NCBI GenBank assembly: GCA_965242965.1
Contig: OZ251518.1
Location: 2,432,001 to 2,496,000 of the forward strand
Source: Candidatus Poribacteria bacterium
GTDB taxonomy: Bacteria > Poribacteria > WGA-4E > WGA-3G
Length of the DNA stretch: 64,000 bases
Direction: 5' to 3'
Positions 21,507 through 32,415 of this stretch are shown here, in pieces. How positions within the stretch are numbered: the stretch's first letter is position 1; each line of letters starts with the position of its first letter. The translations under genes and the position numbers were made by a program. The notes below the pieces were generated by a model. The model made no database searches. It saw only the letters and a list, made by a program, of their open reading frames with translations, and was not told where the DNA came from.

Positions 21507-22295
21507 TTACGCGGTGCCGGCGATGATGTTATCCATATCCTCGCTGATTTGATGGACGGTGCCTTCGGGGTTTTCTTTATCAACCGGAAGTTCAGCGGTG
21601 ATGTAGTCGTCGTAGCCGATGTCTGCGAGTGCAGTCATCACAGCGTTCCAATCGATGGTGCAGTCTTCGATCAGGTAGGTGAACCGGCGTTCCTCGGCGT
21701 TGAAGCCTTTCACATGCACTTTGGCGATGCGAGAACCAAGCGAACGGATCCAGTGTTGCGGGAAGCCGTAGAGGACGATGTTGCCCACATCAAAATACGC
21801 CGTGACAGCAGGGCTATCAAAGGCATCGATGTAACTGGCGAATTCAAAGGGACTGAGCAGGAATTTATTCCAGACGTTTTCAAGCGCAATGGTGAGTCCC
21901 TTCGCGGTGGCATGGGGAATCAACTTGCGGATTTCTGTATGCGAACGGTGGTATGCCAATTCATAAGGCGTGGCTTCGTTGACAACAGCCGGAACAAGTA
22001 GCACCGTGTCCGCGCCGATGGCTGTCGCCGTCTCCATGGACTCAAGCACTCCGTCGCGCGAGGCGGCGCGCACCGATTCGTCATCATCGGAGAGCGGGTG
22101 AGACCAGTGTTTGGCGTTCATGACGCTGAACAGCTCTATCCCGTGTTGCGTCGCGAGGTGTTTCGTCTGGAGCCGGTCTGCCTCATTTTCGAGGGTTCCG
22201 ATTTCCACGCCGTCAAATCCGGCGGCTTTTGCGAGTTTGAATCGGGCTTCGGTTGTGTCGCCCGGTAGTGAACCGATACAAATTCCTTTTTTCAT
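21507..22295 (-). CDS. Sugar-phosphate isomerase/epimerase (AP endonuclease 2/xylose isomerase TIM barrel)
   Basis: AGFDGVE, ALENVWNKFL, FDVGN, VHVKG, AE metal ligands. Confidence 0.85.
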   Translation of the reverse strand: MKKGICIGSLPGDTTEARFKLAKAAGFDGVEIGTLENEADRLQTKHLATQHGIELFSVMNAKHWSHPLSDDDESVRAASRDGVLESMETATAIGADTVLLVPAVVNEATPYELAYHRSHTEIRKLIPHATAKGLTIALENVWNKFLLSPFEFASYIDAFDSPAVTAYFDVGNIVLYGFPQHWIRSLGSRIAKVHVKGFNAEERRFTYLIEDCTIDWNAVMTALADIGYDDYITAELPVDKENPEGTVHQISEDMDNIIAGTA

Positions 22296-22317
22296 AGTTT
22301 TCCTCTCTTATTTTCAT

Positions 22318-22932
22318 GAGGGTGTTTCATAACTCGTTGTTGTCACAATGGTTTCGTGAGCTCCCGAACGATGCCGTTTCTCCCGTAGGAGAGACCTCCC
22401 GGTCTCGATTTCTTGCCCGTAGGCGAGCCCTCCCGGTCTTGATTTTCCCGTAGCGCGGGGGCCCTCGGAGGTTTCCATACGCGCATCCGAGCGGGTTTCC
22501 CCCGCGTTGGCCATCGTCAAGAGATGGCGTTTTAGGTCCTTTAGGTCCTACATGTCTATAGCAGCACGTGTTGTTCCATTTTCAAGGTCCTTTAGGTCCT
22601 TAATAAAGAACATGCGGCCCTGGCAAAATATTAAGGACCTAAAGGACCTTAGCGTTCTTCGCGTCTGCGCGTGCTATAGACATTCAGGACCTAAAGGACC
22701 TGAAGAGAACAAGAGACGTTTTTTCCGTAGCGCGAGCGATGGCGAGGGAAACCCGCTCGCATGCGCGTGTGGCATGCGAGGGCCCACGCCCTACGATGAA
22801 GGGGGCTTTCTGCCGTTCCCCCAGTATGCGCGCCGTCCTATTGCATCGAGACCAGGAGGTCTCTCCTACCGGCATGCGTCAAGACCGGGAGGTCTCTCCT
22901 ACCCGGAAGCCATCGAGTTATGAAACATCATC
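22318..22932. mobile_element. MITE-like element with large REP cargo
   Basis: GAGGGTGTTTCATAACTCG...CGAGTTATGAAACATCATC ends. Confidence 0.7.
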
Positions 22933-23884
22933 ATTGCAATAACTTCAGACACATCACCTCCAAAGCCAACGTCGCGTTTGTGTTGGTGTTGTCAATGAGG
23001 GATTTCGTCTGGAAAATGGTTTGGATTGCCTGCTGGAGGCGCAAGCGGGAATAGCGCGGCACTAACGCGCGCAACTCCTCTAGCGAATGGTTGTGCGTAA
23101 TCAACTCCGTAGGCGCGCCTTGGTGTAAGAAAAGCAGGTCGCGATACCACGTCACTAACTCAGCCAACCGTTCTGGTTCGTTCTTGAATTGCTCGGCGAA
23201 CCGAAAGGCTGCCAGCACCTCGGTCTCCTTCAAAATTTCCGGTATCTCCTGCGAGAGCGCGTCGCCTTTTTCCAGTTGCGTCAGTGCTTTGCCGATGGCA
23301 CCACCCGTTGAGATTGCGATAGCTGTCGCTTTCTCGGGGTCCGCCGAAAACCGATGGGTTAAAACCTCCGCCAATTCCTCGGGTTGCATCGCGTGGAATT
23401 GGAGGATTTGGCATCGGGAACGCGTCGTTGGCAGCAACGCCTCAATGTTGGAGGTGAGGAGAATGATGACAGAGGATGCCGGGGGCTCCTCCAGTGTTTT
23501 GAGGAGGCAATTCTCTGCTTCGGCGTTCATCCGTTCCGCCTCTGTTAAGATGTAGACTTTCCTGCTCGCCTCCAACGGTTCGTAGATAATCTGGCTTTGC
23601 ATTTCGCGGATTTGCCCGATTTTCAGGAGGCTGCCCTCGCGCCGGATGAACCGCAGGTCTGGATGATTGCCGGATGTTACTTTGCGGCAGGCGAGGCATT
23701 GTCCGCAGACTATCGGCGGCTGTGCTTCTTGCTGGCAGAAGATGAGCCGCGTGAAGTAGGTGGCCACCGTCTCCTTGCCGACTCCCGATGGCCCGACGAA
23801 GAGATACGCGCCGGCGATTCGTCCGGATGCGACGGTGCGTTGGAGTTGTTCAATGATGTGTTCGTGTCCGATTATGTCTTGCAT
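22931..23884 (-). CDS. holB: DNA polymerase III subunit delta'
   Basis: AYLFVGPSGVGK, C-x-CGQCLAC zinc site, NHPD, LLKTLEEP, LPTTRSRC; next to tmk. Confidence 0.95.
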   Translation of the reverse strand: MQDIIGHEHIIEQLQRTVASGRIAGAYLFVGPSGVGKETVATYFTRLIFCQQEAQPPIVCGQCLACRKVTSGNHPDLRFIRREGSLLKIGQIREMQSQIIYEPLEASRKVYILTEAERMNAEAENCLLKTLEEPPASSVIILLTSNIEALLPTTRSRCQILQFHAMQPEELAEVLTHRFSADPEKATAIAISTGGAIGKALTQLEKGDALSQEIPEILKETEVLAAFRFAEQFKNEPERLAELVTWYRDLLFLHQGAPTELITHNHSLEELRALVPRYSRLRLQQAIQTIFQTKSLIDNTNTNATLALEVMCLKLLQ

Positions 23885-23906
23885 TTTTTTGTTCTTCTGC
23901 GGTGAG

Positions 23907-24295
23907 GTAGGAGAGACCTCCCGGTCTCGATTTCTGCCTCAAACTGAAAACGTTCATTCACCGTAGCGCGGGGGCCTGTCCCCCGCGAGCGTTCGGTGGA
24001 CCGCAGCATGGCGAGGGACAGGCCCTCGCCCTACGGCAGCAAAAAACGTTCATTCACCGTAGCGCGGGGGCCTGTCCCCCGCGAGCGTTCAGTGGCCCGC
24101 AGCATGGCGAGGGACAGGCCCTCGCCCTACGGGAAGGGAGGCGTTTTTTTACCGTAGCGCGGGGGCCTGTCCCCCGCGAATCCGAGCCGCAGCGAAACCT
24201 CCATATAAACCTAGCATGGCGAGGGACAGGCCCTCGCCCTACGGTGGAGAGGACGTTTTTTTATCGTAGCGCGGGGGCCTGTCCCCCGCGATCCC
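23907..24295. repeat. Tandem BIME/REPIN-like array of paired inverted REPs
   Basis: Repeating unit GTAGCGCGGGGGCCTGTCCCCCGCGA...GGCGAGGGACAGGCCCTCGCCCTAC, about 3.5 copies. Confidence 0.85.
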
Positions 24296-24893
24296 TCTTT
24301 CGATATTCGGCCAAGAGTGCCGCGTGGACAATGTCAGGACATTGCGTTGCATCAATCAATTTCACGCGATGCGGTTCCGCCGCCGCAATGGCAAGATACC
24401 CCTCACGCACATTGCGATGCGATGCCAACGCCTCCTTGTCTAACCGATTCCGGTGCAGCTGCCGCTGCCGTTGCAATCCGATTTCTGGCGGCAGATCCAA
24501 CACAAACGTCAAATCTGGGATGATACCACACGTCGCCTCGTGATTGAGTCGGTTGATGAATGCGATGTCTATCCCGCCGCGATACCCTTGATACGCAACG
24601 GTTGCGTCAATAAACCGGTCGCAGATTACCGTCCGATTTGCTTCAAGCGCGGGACGAATAACTTCGGCGACATGTTGTGCGCGCGCCGCGGCGATGAGCA
24701 GCAACTCAGTCGTCGCCGTTATCCCATCTGCGGTGAGAAAAATCTCGCGGATGCGTTCGGAGATGGGGGTACCGCCGGGTTCGCGCGTGACGATAACGTC
24801 GGTGTCAAGTGCGTCTGCTAAACGTTGAGCCTGTGTTGTTTTGCCTGCGCCTTCCACGCCTTCAAATGTGATGAAAAATCCGTGCTGTGCCAT
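24261..24893 (-). CDS. tmk: Thymidylate kinase
   Basis: FITFEGVEGAGKTTQ, TREPGGT, VICDRF, AYQG. Confidence 0.95.
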   Translation of the reverse strand: MAQHGFFITFEGVEGAGKTTQAQRLADALDTDVIVTREPGGTPISERIREIFLTADGITATTELLLIAAARAQHVAEVIRPALEANRTVICDRFIDATVAYQGYRGGIDIAFINRLNHEATCGIIPDLTFVLDLPPEIGLQRQRQLHRNRLDKEALASHRNVREGYLAIAAAEPHRVKLIDATQCPDIVHAALLAEYRKRDRGGQAPALR

Positions 24894-24982
24894 TTATGAT
24901 ATTTTAGCATTTTGTGGTTTTGATGTCAAGATGAAAATTTTTTGTTGCCTGGAGCGGGATTTACAAAAGAGGAGCGGGTGAC

Positions 24983-25704
24983 TGTAGTTCGGGATCGCCT
25001 GATCCCGAACGGGACATGGCAGAACCCCTTCCTGGCCCGTAGCGCGGGGGCCCTCGGATGCCATCCGCGCATCCGAGCGGGTTTCCCCCGCGATCGCCCG
25101 ACTTGCGCGAAAACTGCACGCCAGCCAAAGCCGTTTCCCCAACCGAGGCACGGCGAGGGACAGGCCCCTCGCCCTACGGGCAGCGGCACGTTTTTTTTCG
25201 TAGCGCGCGGGGCTCGGAGGTTTCCATACGCGCATCCGAGCGGGTTTCCCCCGCGATCGTTGGAGTGCGCCGACGATGGCGAGGGACAGGCCCTCGCCCT
25301 ACGGTGTGGGGGGCGTTTTTTTTCGTAGCGCGGGGGACAGGCCTCCGCGAGCTCCATCGTCATGATGTGTGTTTTCCCTCTCTGTAGTTTGTGATCGCCT
25401 GATCACAAACGGGTCAGGATCAGGCGATCCTGACCTACAGGACCTGGCACGAGAACGATGGCGAGGGACAGGCCCTCGCCCTACGATGAAGGGGGGGTTT
25501 TATCGTAGCGCGGGGGCCTGTCCCCCGCGACCGTTGGATTGCGCGGACGATGACGAGGGACAGGTTTTCCCACCGCCCTACGATGAAGGGGAGCTTTCTG
25601 CCGCCCTATTGCATCGAGACCGGGAGGTCTCTCCTACCGGGGAAACGGAATCGTTCAAGGTATCACGAAACCAGTTTGACAACAACGAGTTATGAAACAC
25701 CCTC
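24983..25704. repeat. REP mosaic ending in a MITE-type TIR
   Basis: Multiple GTAG hairpin classes; TTATGAAACACCCTC at about 25690. Confidence 0.8.
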
Positions 25705-25822
25705 AATTAAAAATCGTCTTTACCGAAGAAAACTGCATACTTCTGAAAAAGAATTTGACAAATTCAATTTCTTTGTGGTAATATATTGAAAATCCGCAAT
25801 TCTGAATGGCAATAGGAGAGTT

Positions 25823-28408
25823 ATGAAACAACCCCGGGCAAGAATTTGGCAATTCAAAAATCCAGAGCTCGATGAGAGTTTCGCATTAGCGGCGGAACTC
25901 GGCGTATCGCTCCTCGTCGCGCAACTTTTAATTAACCGCGGCCTGACAACGGCAGCCGCAGCACGCACCTATCTCTATCCGAAGTTTGAGCATCTACACG
26001 ATGCTTTTGAAATGGCGGATATGGCGAAGGCTGTCGAACGGATAAACCTCGCGATGAAACGCGGCGAAAACATCTGCGTCTACGGCGATTACGACACCGA
26101 CGGCACCACGGCAACCGCGCTACTGCTCAACACGTTCCGGCATATCGATGTGCCGGTTGAATACTACATTCCGAATCGGTTTGATGACGGCTATGGGCTC
26201 AGCGAAAAGACGGTGGAAGAGGTGCGCGAGAAAGGCACCGACTTGCTCATTACCGTAGACTGCGGGATTAAGTCGGTTAGAGAGGTGGAACGTGCGAACG
26301 CACTCGGCATGGATGTGATTATCACAGACCATCACCAACCGGAGCCGGGCGCGCGCCCAGCCGCACACGCGCTTATTTCACCGAAAGTTGAGGGCAACGA
26401 GTATCCCTATCCCGAACTCGCCGGGGTTGGATTGGCGTTTAAGGTTGCGCAAGCATTGATACCCGACGATACGGCGTTTCTGGAATCCTTGCTTGATTTG
26501 GTGGCACTCGGCACTGTTGTCGATATCGCGCCGCTGACAGGAGAGAACCGGGTGTTGAGCCGACTCGGTTTGGATGAACTCAACAAACGGAAACGTCCCG
26601 GCATCCGCGCGTTATGCAACGCAGCCGGTATGGCCGAAGGAAAACCGCTTGTAGGACGTTCCCTCTCTTTTGGGCTCGGACCGCGGATTAATGCCGCCGG
26701 CAGACTGGATACCGCGACGAAGGTGGTGCAACTGCTCACCACCGAATCCGATGATGAGGCAAAACGGATTGCCACGGAACTCAACAGCAAAAATCAGGCG
26801 CGCCGTGAATTGGAAGCGGGCATTCGTGATAAGGCGGAAGAGATGATTGTGAATGAGTTGGACGATGACACGAGAGGCATCGTCGTCGCGAGCAATTGGG
26901 GAGATAAGGCGCAAGGCGTGGTGGGCATCGTTGCATCGCGCTTGATGGAAACTTATCACAGACCGGTGATTGTCCTCGCGATTAAGGGTGAAGAGGCTAC
27001 CGGGTCTGGCCGCTGTATTGATGGGATGAACCTCGCCAACAGTTTAATCGCCTGCACGCATTTGCTGATAAAACACGGTGGGCACGAAAAGGCGGCTGGG
27101 TTAACCTTGAAAACGAAAAAAATCCCTGAATTTCGGGAGGCGTTTGACGCTTATGCTCGCGACAATTTGAAAGATGAGCATCTCCAGCCGAAATTATCGA
27201 TGGATTTTGAAACCAGTCTCTCTGAATTAACGTTAGAGACGTTAGCATCCTTGGCTCAACTTGAACCGTTTGGGGAGAAAAACCCGGCACCTCGTTTCGG
27301 CGCGCGCAACGTGAAACTCGCCGGCACCCCTACCCTGATGAGTAACGGGCGGCATCTCAAGATGCATGTTACTGATGGCACAGCGAAGCGCGAGGCGATT
27401 GCGTGGCAGAGAGGCGAACATATTGTCACGTTGAAAGGGCTCACCGCGCCGTTTGGCATCGCGTTTTCGCCGGAGATTAACGAGTGGCAGGGGAACATCA
27501 GAATCCAACTTATCCTTAAGGATTGGCAAATTGGGAGAAACACGCGCGGTGGAAATCGCACGATATTCCCATCCATCACGGACGGAGAGGCAGAACCCAT
27601 CGTCAAGGTTATCAATAGCCGCGGCAGAGATAAGCAGGATTACCTCTTAAAATTGCTTGCGCGCGACGAAGCCGGTGCCATCATCTATGTCCAAAACCGG
27701 GAGATGCTGGAGCTCTTGCTCACGCGGCTTATCCCGGAGAAGGCAGACTGTATCGCGCCGCACGACGAGACTACCCCCGAAGCGGAAGAAGCGGCGTTGG
27801 TGGAAAAATTGGCGCGCGGCGACATTCGGGCCATCGCCTCCAGTGCAACTTTTTCTAAACCAGAGCGGTTTCCTTTCGTCAAACATTTTGTCTTCTGCCA
27901 CTTGTCGCCGACTGCTGATGAATTCTTTCAGCGATGCCAACCCGCTTTCGCCACCGAGGAGACTTCGGGACTGCATCTCATCTACGCCGATGCGGATGTT
28001 CAGTCGATGAACGAGTGGCTGACGCAAAAGTATCCTGCCGAGGCAGCCCTGCGGGAGTTATACGGACAATTGCGTGCCAGGATTCAGAACAACGGAACAG
28101 ATGGATATCCGGTAGTGGACTTGCTAAACGGCACACTGGGAGTGCCAGCATCTGTCCAGAATGGACTTACCATCTTTGAAGAATTGCGGCACATTGAACT
28201 GAACGGTGCGCCGGATGCAGCGCGCGTCCATCTCCTGCCATCGGAGAGGCGCGGGTTGGAGACTTCGCAAACCTATCTGAAGGGGCAGTGGATTCGAGAG
28301 ACGAACCCGGCGTTCGTCGCATTCCAATTGCAGGAAGACATCAAACCGATTTGGGAGCGGATAGCCCATGAGTGTCGAAGCGTTAATCAGCCAAATTCAG
28401 GACTATAA
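25823..28408 (+). CDS. recJ: ssDNA-specific exonuclease RecJ with long C-terminal extension
   Basis: YGDYDTDG, ITVDCG, ITDHH, GPRINAAGRL, GGHEKAAG, LEPFGEKNP. Confidence 0.95.
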   Translation: MKQPRARIWQFKNPELDESFALAAELGVSLLVAQLLINRGLTTAAAARTYLYPKFEHLHDAFEMADMAKAVERINLAMKRGENICVYGDYDTDGTTATALLLNTFRHIDVPVEYYIPNRFDDGYGLSEKTVEEVREKGTDLLITVDCGIKSVREVERANALGMDVIITDHHQPEPGARPAAHALISPKVEGNEYPYPELAGVGLAFKVAQALIPDDTAFLESLLDLVALGTVVDIAPLTGENRVLSRLGLDELNKRKRPGIRALCNAAGMAEGKPLVGRSLSFGLGPRINAAGRLDTATKVVQLLTTESDDEAKRIATELNSKNQARRELEAGIRDKAEEMIVNELDDDTRGIVVASNWGDKAQGVVGIVASRLMETYHRPVIVLAIKGEEATGSGRCIDGMNLANSLIACTHLLIKHGGHEKAAGLTLKTKKIPEFREAFDAYARDNLKDEHLQPKLSMDFETSLSELTLETLASLAQLEPFGEKNPAPRFGARNVKLAGTPTLMSNGRHLKMHVTDGTAKREAIAWQRGEHIVTLKGLTAPFGIAFSPEINEWQGNIRIQLILKDWQIGRNTRGGNRTIFPSITDGEAEPIVKVINSRGRDKQDYLLKLLARDEAGAIIYVQNREMLELLLTRLIPEKADCIAPHDETTPEAEEAALVEKLARGDIRAIASSATFSKPERFPFVKHFVFCHLSPTADEFFQRCQPAFATEETSGLHLIYADADVQSMNEWLTQKYPAEAALRELYGQLRARIQNNGTDGYPVVDLLNGTLGVPASVQNGLTIFEELRHIELNGAPDAARVHLLPSERRGLETSQTYLKGQWIRETNPAFVAFQLQEDIKPIWERIAHECRSVNQPNSGL

Positions 28409-30509
28409 CCCGGACGCGGAGGTGGGACTGCTGGAGCAGTGCTACCACTTCGCGCAAAAAGCACACGAGGGACAACTTCGGAAATCCGGTGAGCCCTACT
28501 TTACACACTGCCTGAAGACAGCGGAGGAACTTGCCGCGCTGCGGTTGGATACACACACTATCTGCGCCGGGCTCCTGCACGATGTGCTTGAAGATACCGG
28601 GGTGACGCGCGCAGAGATGGACGTGCGCTTCGGACAGAATATCACGAATCTCGTTGAGGGTGTCACCAAGATCGGGAAATACAAATTCCGCGGCGGACAT
28701 CGGCAACGGCAAGCCGAAACCTATCGGAAACTGCTGATAGCCACCGCCGAGGATATGCGCGTCATTCTGATCAAACTCGCCGACCGGGTGCATAACATGG
28801 AGACGCTCAAGTTCCTCCCAGGGCAGAAGTGTCAACGGATTGCGAAAGAGACGCTGGAGATTTACGCGCCTATCGCACACCGGCTGGGCATCTGGCGCAT
28901 TATGAGCCGCTTGGAGGACCTGGCGTTCAAACATCTCTTCCCCACCGAATACCACGAAATCGCCAACCTGCTGGACGAAAAACTAGTGGAACGCGAGGCT
29001 TATTGCGAGATGATGGTAGCGCGCATTCGCGAAGAATTGGAAAATCAGGACATCTTCGCCGATGTGCACGGCAGGACCAAGCATATCTATAGCATTTACC
29101 AGAAAATGCAACAGAAAGGGACACCCTTCAAGGACATCTGCGATCTGGTTGGGCTCCGCATCCTCGTCAAAACGGATAGAGCCTGCTACCTGGCACTCGG
29201 CGCGCTGCACCAACGATGGCACTACCTCCCAGACCGGCTCCGAGACTGGATCGGGCAGCCGAAGAAGAATGGGTATAAGTCGCTTCATACGACGATTGTG
29301 GATAACGGGAAGCCGGTGGAAATCCAGATCCGCAGTTACGAGATGCACAAAATTGCAGAGGACGGCATCGCCGCGCATTGGAGTTACAAAGAGGGCGCGC
29401 CGAACTGCAAACAGGGGCATTCTATCTTCGCCAGCTATAAGCAGATGCTGGAGGATATACAGGATCCGCAGGAAGGCGCGCACCAGTTCGTTGAATCGAT
29501 GAAACTGGAGCTCTCTGACGACGAGGTCTACGTTTTCTCCCCGAAAGGCGATCTGTTCGCGTTGCCAACCGGTTCAACCGCCATCGATTTCGCCTATAAA
29601 ATCCACACCGATATCGGGAATACCTGTTGCGGTGCGGAGATTAACGGCACGATTTCGCCAATTCGACAGGAGTTGCAAAACGGGGACAGGGTGGAGATCT
29701 GGACGCACCCGAATTGTAAGCCGAGCCGCAGTTGGCTGCGCTATGTCAAAACGTCAAACGCGCGCAGCAAAATCAAGAACTGGTTCCGTGAGAAGGACCG
29801 GGCGGACGCGCTGGAACTCGGCAAAAAATTCCTCTATTCCGAATTGCGCGTCTCCACCCTGAACGCCCGCGATTATCTGAATTCCCCCAAACTGCTGGAT
29901 GTCGCCAAACAGCTGCGTCTCAAGAATATCGCAGAACTCTTTATCCGCATCGGCAAGCGCGAGGAATCCGCCGCGCATGTCGTCACCCTCCTCGAACCAG
30001 ACGCACCGGAACCTGAAACCCCCACACCGTTGAAAGAAGCCCCGATGCCTGTCCTCGAACTTGAAAACGGCATCGACCTCGGCATGATACGAATAATGAA
30101 GTGCTGTAACCCGATTCCCGGTGACGAGGTTATCGGTTATGTCACCCGCGGGCGCGGTGTCTCCGTGCATCGGAACGGGTGCATCCGCCTTCTTGATGAA
30201 CCCGAACGCCTCCTCAACGTAAAATGGCCCGAAAAGCAGAACGGAACCCATCGGCGTGACATCTATCCGGCGCAAATTAGTGTTGAGTGCAGTGACCGGC
30301 CGGGGATGCTCGGCGAGATCACCACGGTTATCGCGCAGTGCAAAGTGAACATCCGATGCGGCACCTTCCAACCCTCCGAGGTCACGCGCGCTAACGATGC
30401 CGCACAAGATCTGCTGACGTTAGATGTGACAGGGACTACGCAACTCGCCGAGGTGATGCAGGCTCTTCGGCATTTGAAAGGTGTCCAGCGTGTGACGCGT
30501 AAGTTCTAA
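28368..30509 (+). CDS. rel: Bifunctional (p)ppGpp synthetase/hydrolase (RelA/SpoT homologue)
   Basis: RKSGEPYFTH, LLHDVLED, IKLADRVHNM, GYKSLHT, EIQIR, TGS and ACT domains. Confidence 0.95.
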   Translation: MSVEALISQIQDYNPDAEVGLLEQCYHFAQKAHEGQLRKSGEPYFTHCLKTAEELAALRLDTHTICAGLLHDVLEDTGVTRAEMDVRFGQNITNLVEGVTKIGKYKFRGGHRQRQAETYRKLLIATAEDMRVILIKLADRVHNMETLKFLPGQKCQRIAKETLEIYAPIAHRLGIWRIMSRLEDLAFKHLFPTEYHEIANLLDEKLVEREAYCEMMVARIREELENQDIFADVHGRTKHIYSIYQKMQQKGTPFKDICDLVGLRILVKTDRACYLALGALHQRWHYLPDRLRDWIGQPKKNGYKSLHTTIVDNGKPVEIQIRSYEMHKIAEDGIAAHWSYKEGAPNCKQGHSIFASYKQMLEDIQDPQEGAHQFVESMKLELSDDEVYVFSPKGDLFALPTGSTAIDFAYKIHTDIGNTCCGAEINGTISPIRQELQNGDRVEIWTHPNCKPSRSWLRYVKTSNARSKIKNWFREKDRADALELGKKFLYSELRVSTLNARDYLNSPKLLDVAKQLRLKNIAELFIRIGKREESAAHVVTLLEPDAPEPETPTPLKEAPMPVLELENGIDLGMIRIMKCCNPIPGDEVIGYVTRGRGVSVHRNGCIRLLDEPERLLNVKWPEKQNGTHRRDIYPAQISVECSDRPGMLGEITTVIAQCKVNIRCGTFQPSEVTRANDAAQDLLTLDVTGTTQLAEVMQALRHLKGVQRVTRKF

Positions 30510-30890
30510 AATCGCTCAACGTCGCGGGGACAGGCCCCCGCGCTATTGCCGGTAGGAGGAGACCTCCTGGTCTCGATATCGTCCGCGCAATCCAACGATC
30601 GCGGGGGACAGGCCCCCGCGCTACGAAAAAAATAACGCCTTCCTTTCACCGTAGGGCGAGGGCCTGTCCCTCGCCATCGTCCGCGCACTCCAATGATCGC
30701 GGGGGACAGGCCCCCGCGCTACGGGAAAAAACGCCCCCCCTCACCGTAGGGCGAGGGCCTGTCCCTCGCCATGCGTTTTGGTGTCGGACCGCATCACCCC
30801 TGTAGGTCAGGATCGCCTGATCCTGACCTGTTCGGGATCGGGCGATCCCGAACTACAGATGTGGGCCCAATGCCTTCCGGTATTCGCCAT
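30510..30890. repeat. REP cluster
   Basis: GTAG hairpin units. Confidence 0.8.
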
Positions 30891-30943
30891 CCCTCTTTCT
30901 TTCCCCAGCGCGCGGGACCGTCTGGCACCCGACAAAAAAACCG

Positions 30944-31156
30944 TCATGCAGGTGCCGGCATTCGTGAAATAACCTTCGTGACTTTCCCACTCCGCAAACA
31001 TTTAGTGCAGACTCGCACGCGTCTCGCGCCTTCTTCGGTTTGGATGCGCACCCGTTGCAGATTTGGGAGCCATCGCCGCTTCGTATGCCGCCGCGATTTA
31101 CTGATCTGGTTACCTGCCATCGGACGCTTGCCGCAGACATTACAGACTCGTGACAT
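30944..31156 (-). CDS. rpmB: 50S ribosomal protein L28 (zinc-binding type)
   Basis: MSRVCNVCGK..GN..S..HTKRRWLPNLQ...RVCTKCLR; strong GAGG RBS. Confidence 0.95.
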   Translation of the reverse strand: MSRVCNVCGKRPMAGNQISKSRRHTKRRWLPNLQRVRIQTEEGARRVRVCTKCLRSGKVTKVISRMPAPA

Positions 31157-31371
31157 GATTATGCCTCCTCTCTTTTTTTCCTTGATATTAAATCAAGCGA
31201 TAGGTTAAACTTATCTATTTGCCATACTCCCAACGCTAAAGCGATGGGATGCTGTTGGTGGTATTCTCATCCAACAGACTAACAGATAGTATACCACACA
31301 AAACAACGTTTGTCAAATTAAAATGCTAAAGCGGGTATTACCTCACCAGCCTGAAGTCTGGCATTTTATTC

Positions 31372-32395
31372 AGGGTGTTTCATAAATTCGTTGGCGCGCC
31401 CTCCCAGTCTCAATGCAAGACTCAAGCAGGATTTCCAAGATTTCCAAGATTTCGCAAGATATGAGCGGGATTTTCAAGATACGGACAAAGCGGATGCTTC
31501 GCAAGCTTCGCACCGCTTGTCCTTTTCAAGATTTTCAAGATTCTAGTTTTTGATGCACCGACACCGCGGGGCACGCTACAACAGCGTCGGTGCGTCAAAA
31601 ACCTAATCCTGGAAATCGTGTAAATCCTGTAAATCCTGCTCCGGATTTGCAAGATTTTGCAGGATTCTGTTTTTGTTCCCTTCCACCGTGCAGGCGTATC
31701 CGTTCCCCTCCCTGTAGTTCAGGATCGCCCGATCCTGAACCGTTTGTGATCAGGCGATCACAAACTACAGAGGGGGGCGCGAAGCGGGCACAAACGACAG
31801 AGAGCCCCCCTTTCACCGTAGGGCGAGGGCCTGTCCCTCGCCATGCCTCGCGCACTCCAACGATCGCGGGGGACAGCCCCCCGCGCTACGGGCGGCGAAA
31901 ATCTCCCCCTTCACCGTAGGGCGAGGAACAGGCTCTGTAGTTCAGGATCGCCAGATCCTGACCCGTTTGTGATCAGGCGATCACAAACTACAGAGGGGAA
32001 AACACATATCGTACCGATGGAGATCGCGGGGGACAGGCCCCCGCGCTACGGGCGGCGAAAATCTCCCTTTCATCGTAGGGCGAGGGCCTGTCCCTCGCCA
32101 TTGTCCGCGCAACCCAACGATCGCGGGGGACAGGCCCCCGCGCTACGGGCGGCGAAAATCCCCCCTTCATCGTAGGGCGAGGGCCTGTCCCTCGCCATTG
32201 TTCGTGCACTCCAACGCTCGCGGGGGACAGGCCCCCGCGCTACGGTTTGCCAGGCTGTCTCTCCTTCATCGTAGGGCGAGGGCCTGTCCCTCGCCATGCA
32301 ACGATCGCGGGGGAAACCCGCTCGGATGCGCGGATGGCATCCGAGGGGGCCCGCGCTACGGGAACATCAAGACTGGGAGGGCTCTCCTACGGGGA
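31372..32395. repeat. Large repeat tract: MITE TIR, 9-bp CAAGATTTC/AATCCTG-type repeats and REP array
   Basis: AGGGTGTTTCATAA at 31372; short tandem repeats at 31420-31670; many GTAG hairpins. Confidence 0.8.
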
Positions 32396-32415
32396 AAGGC
32401 AGATCCGAACTTCAG

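Noticed and set aside
23907-24295. Regularly spaced repeats that might be a second CRISPR array (also 31800-32300 and 51970-52135)
   Set aside because: Units are alternating inverted palindromes with repeated, non-unique linkers and occur throughout the window, which fits REP/BIME rather than CRISPR.
24894-25789. Short ORFs with ARGPVPR, RRARACPSP or GETSRSR peptides here and in other intergenic regions
   Set aside because: They are REP translations; the same effect falsely extends the 5' ends of ORFs ending at 52071, 57189 and 60995.
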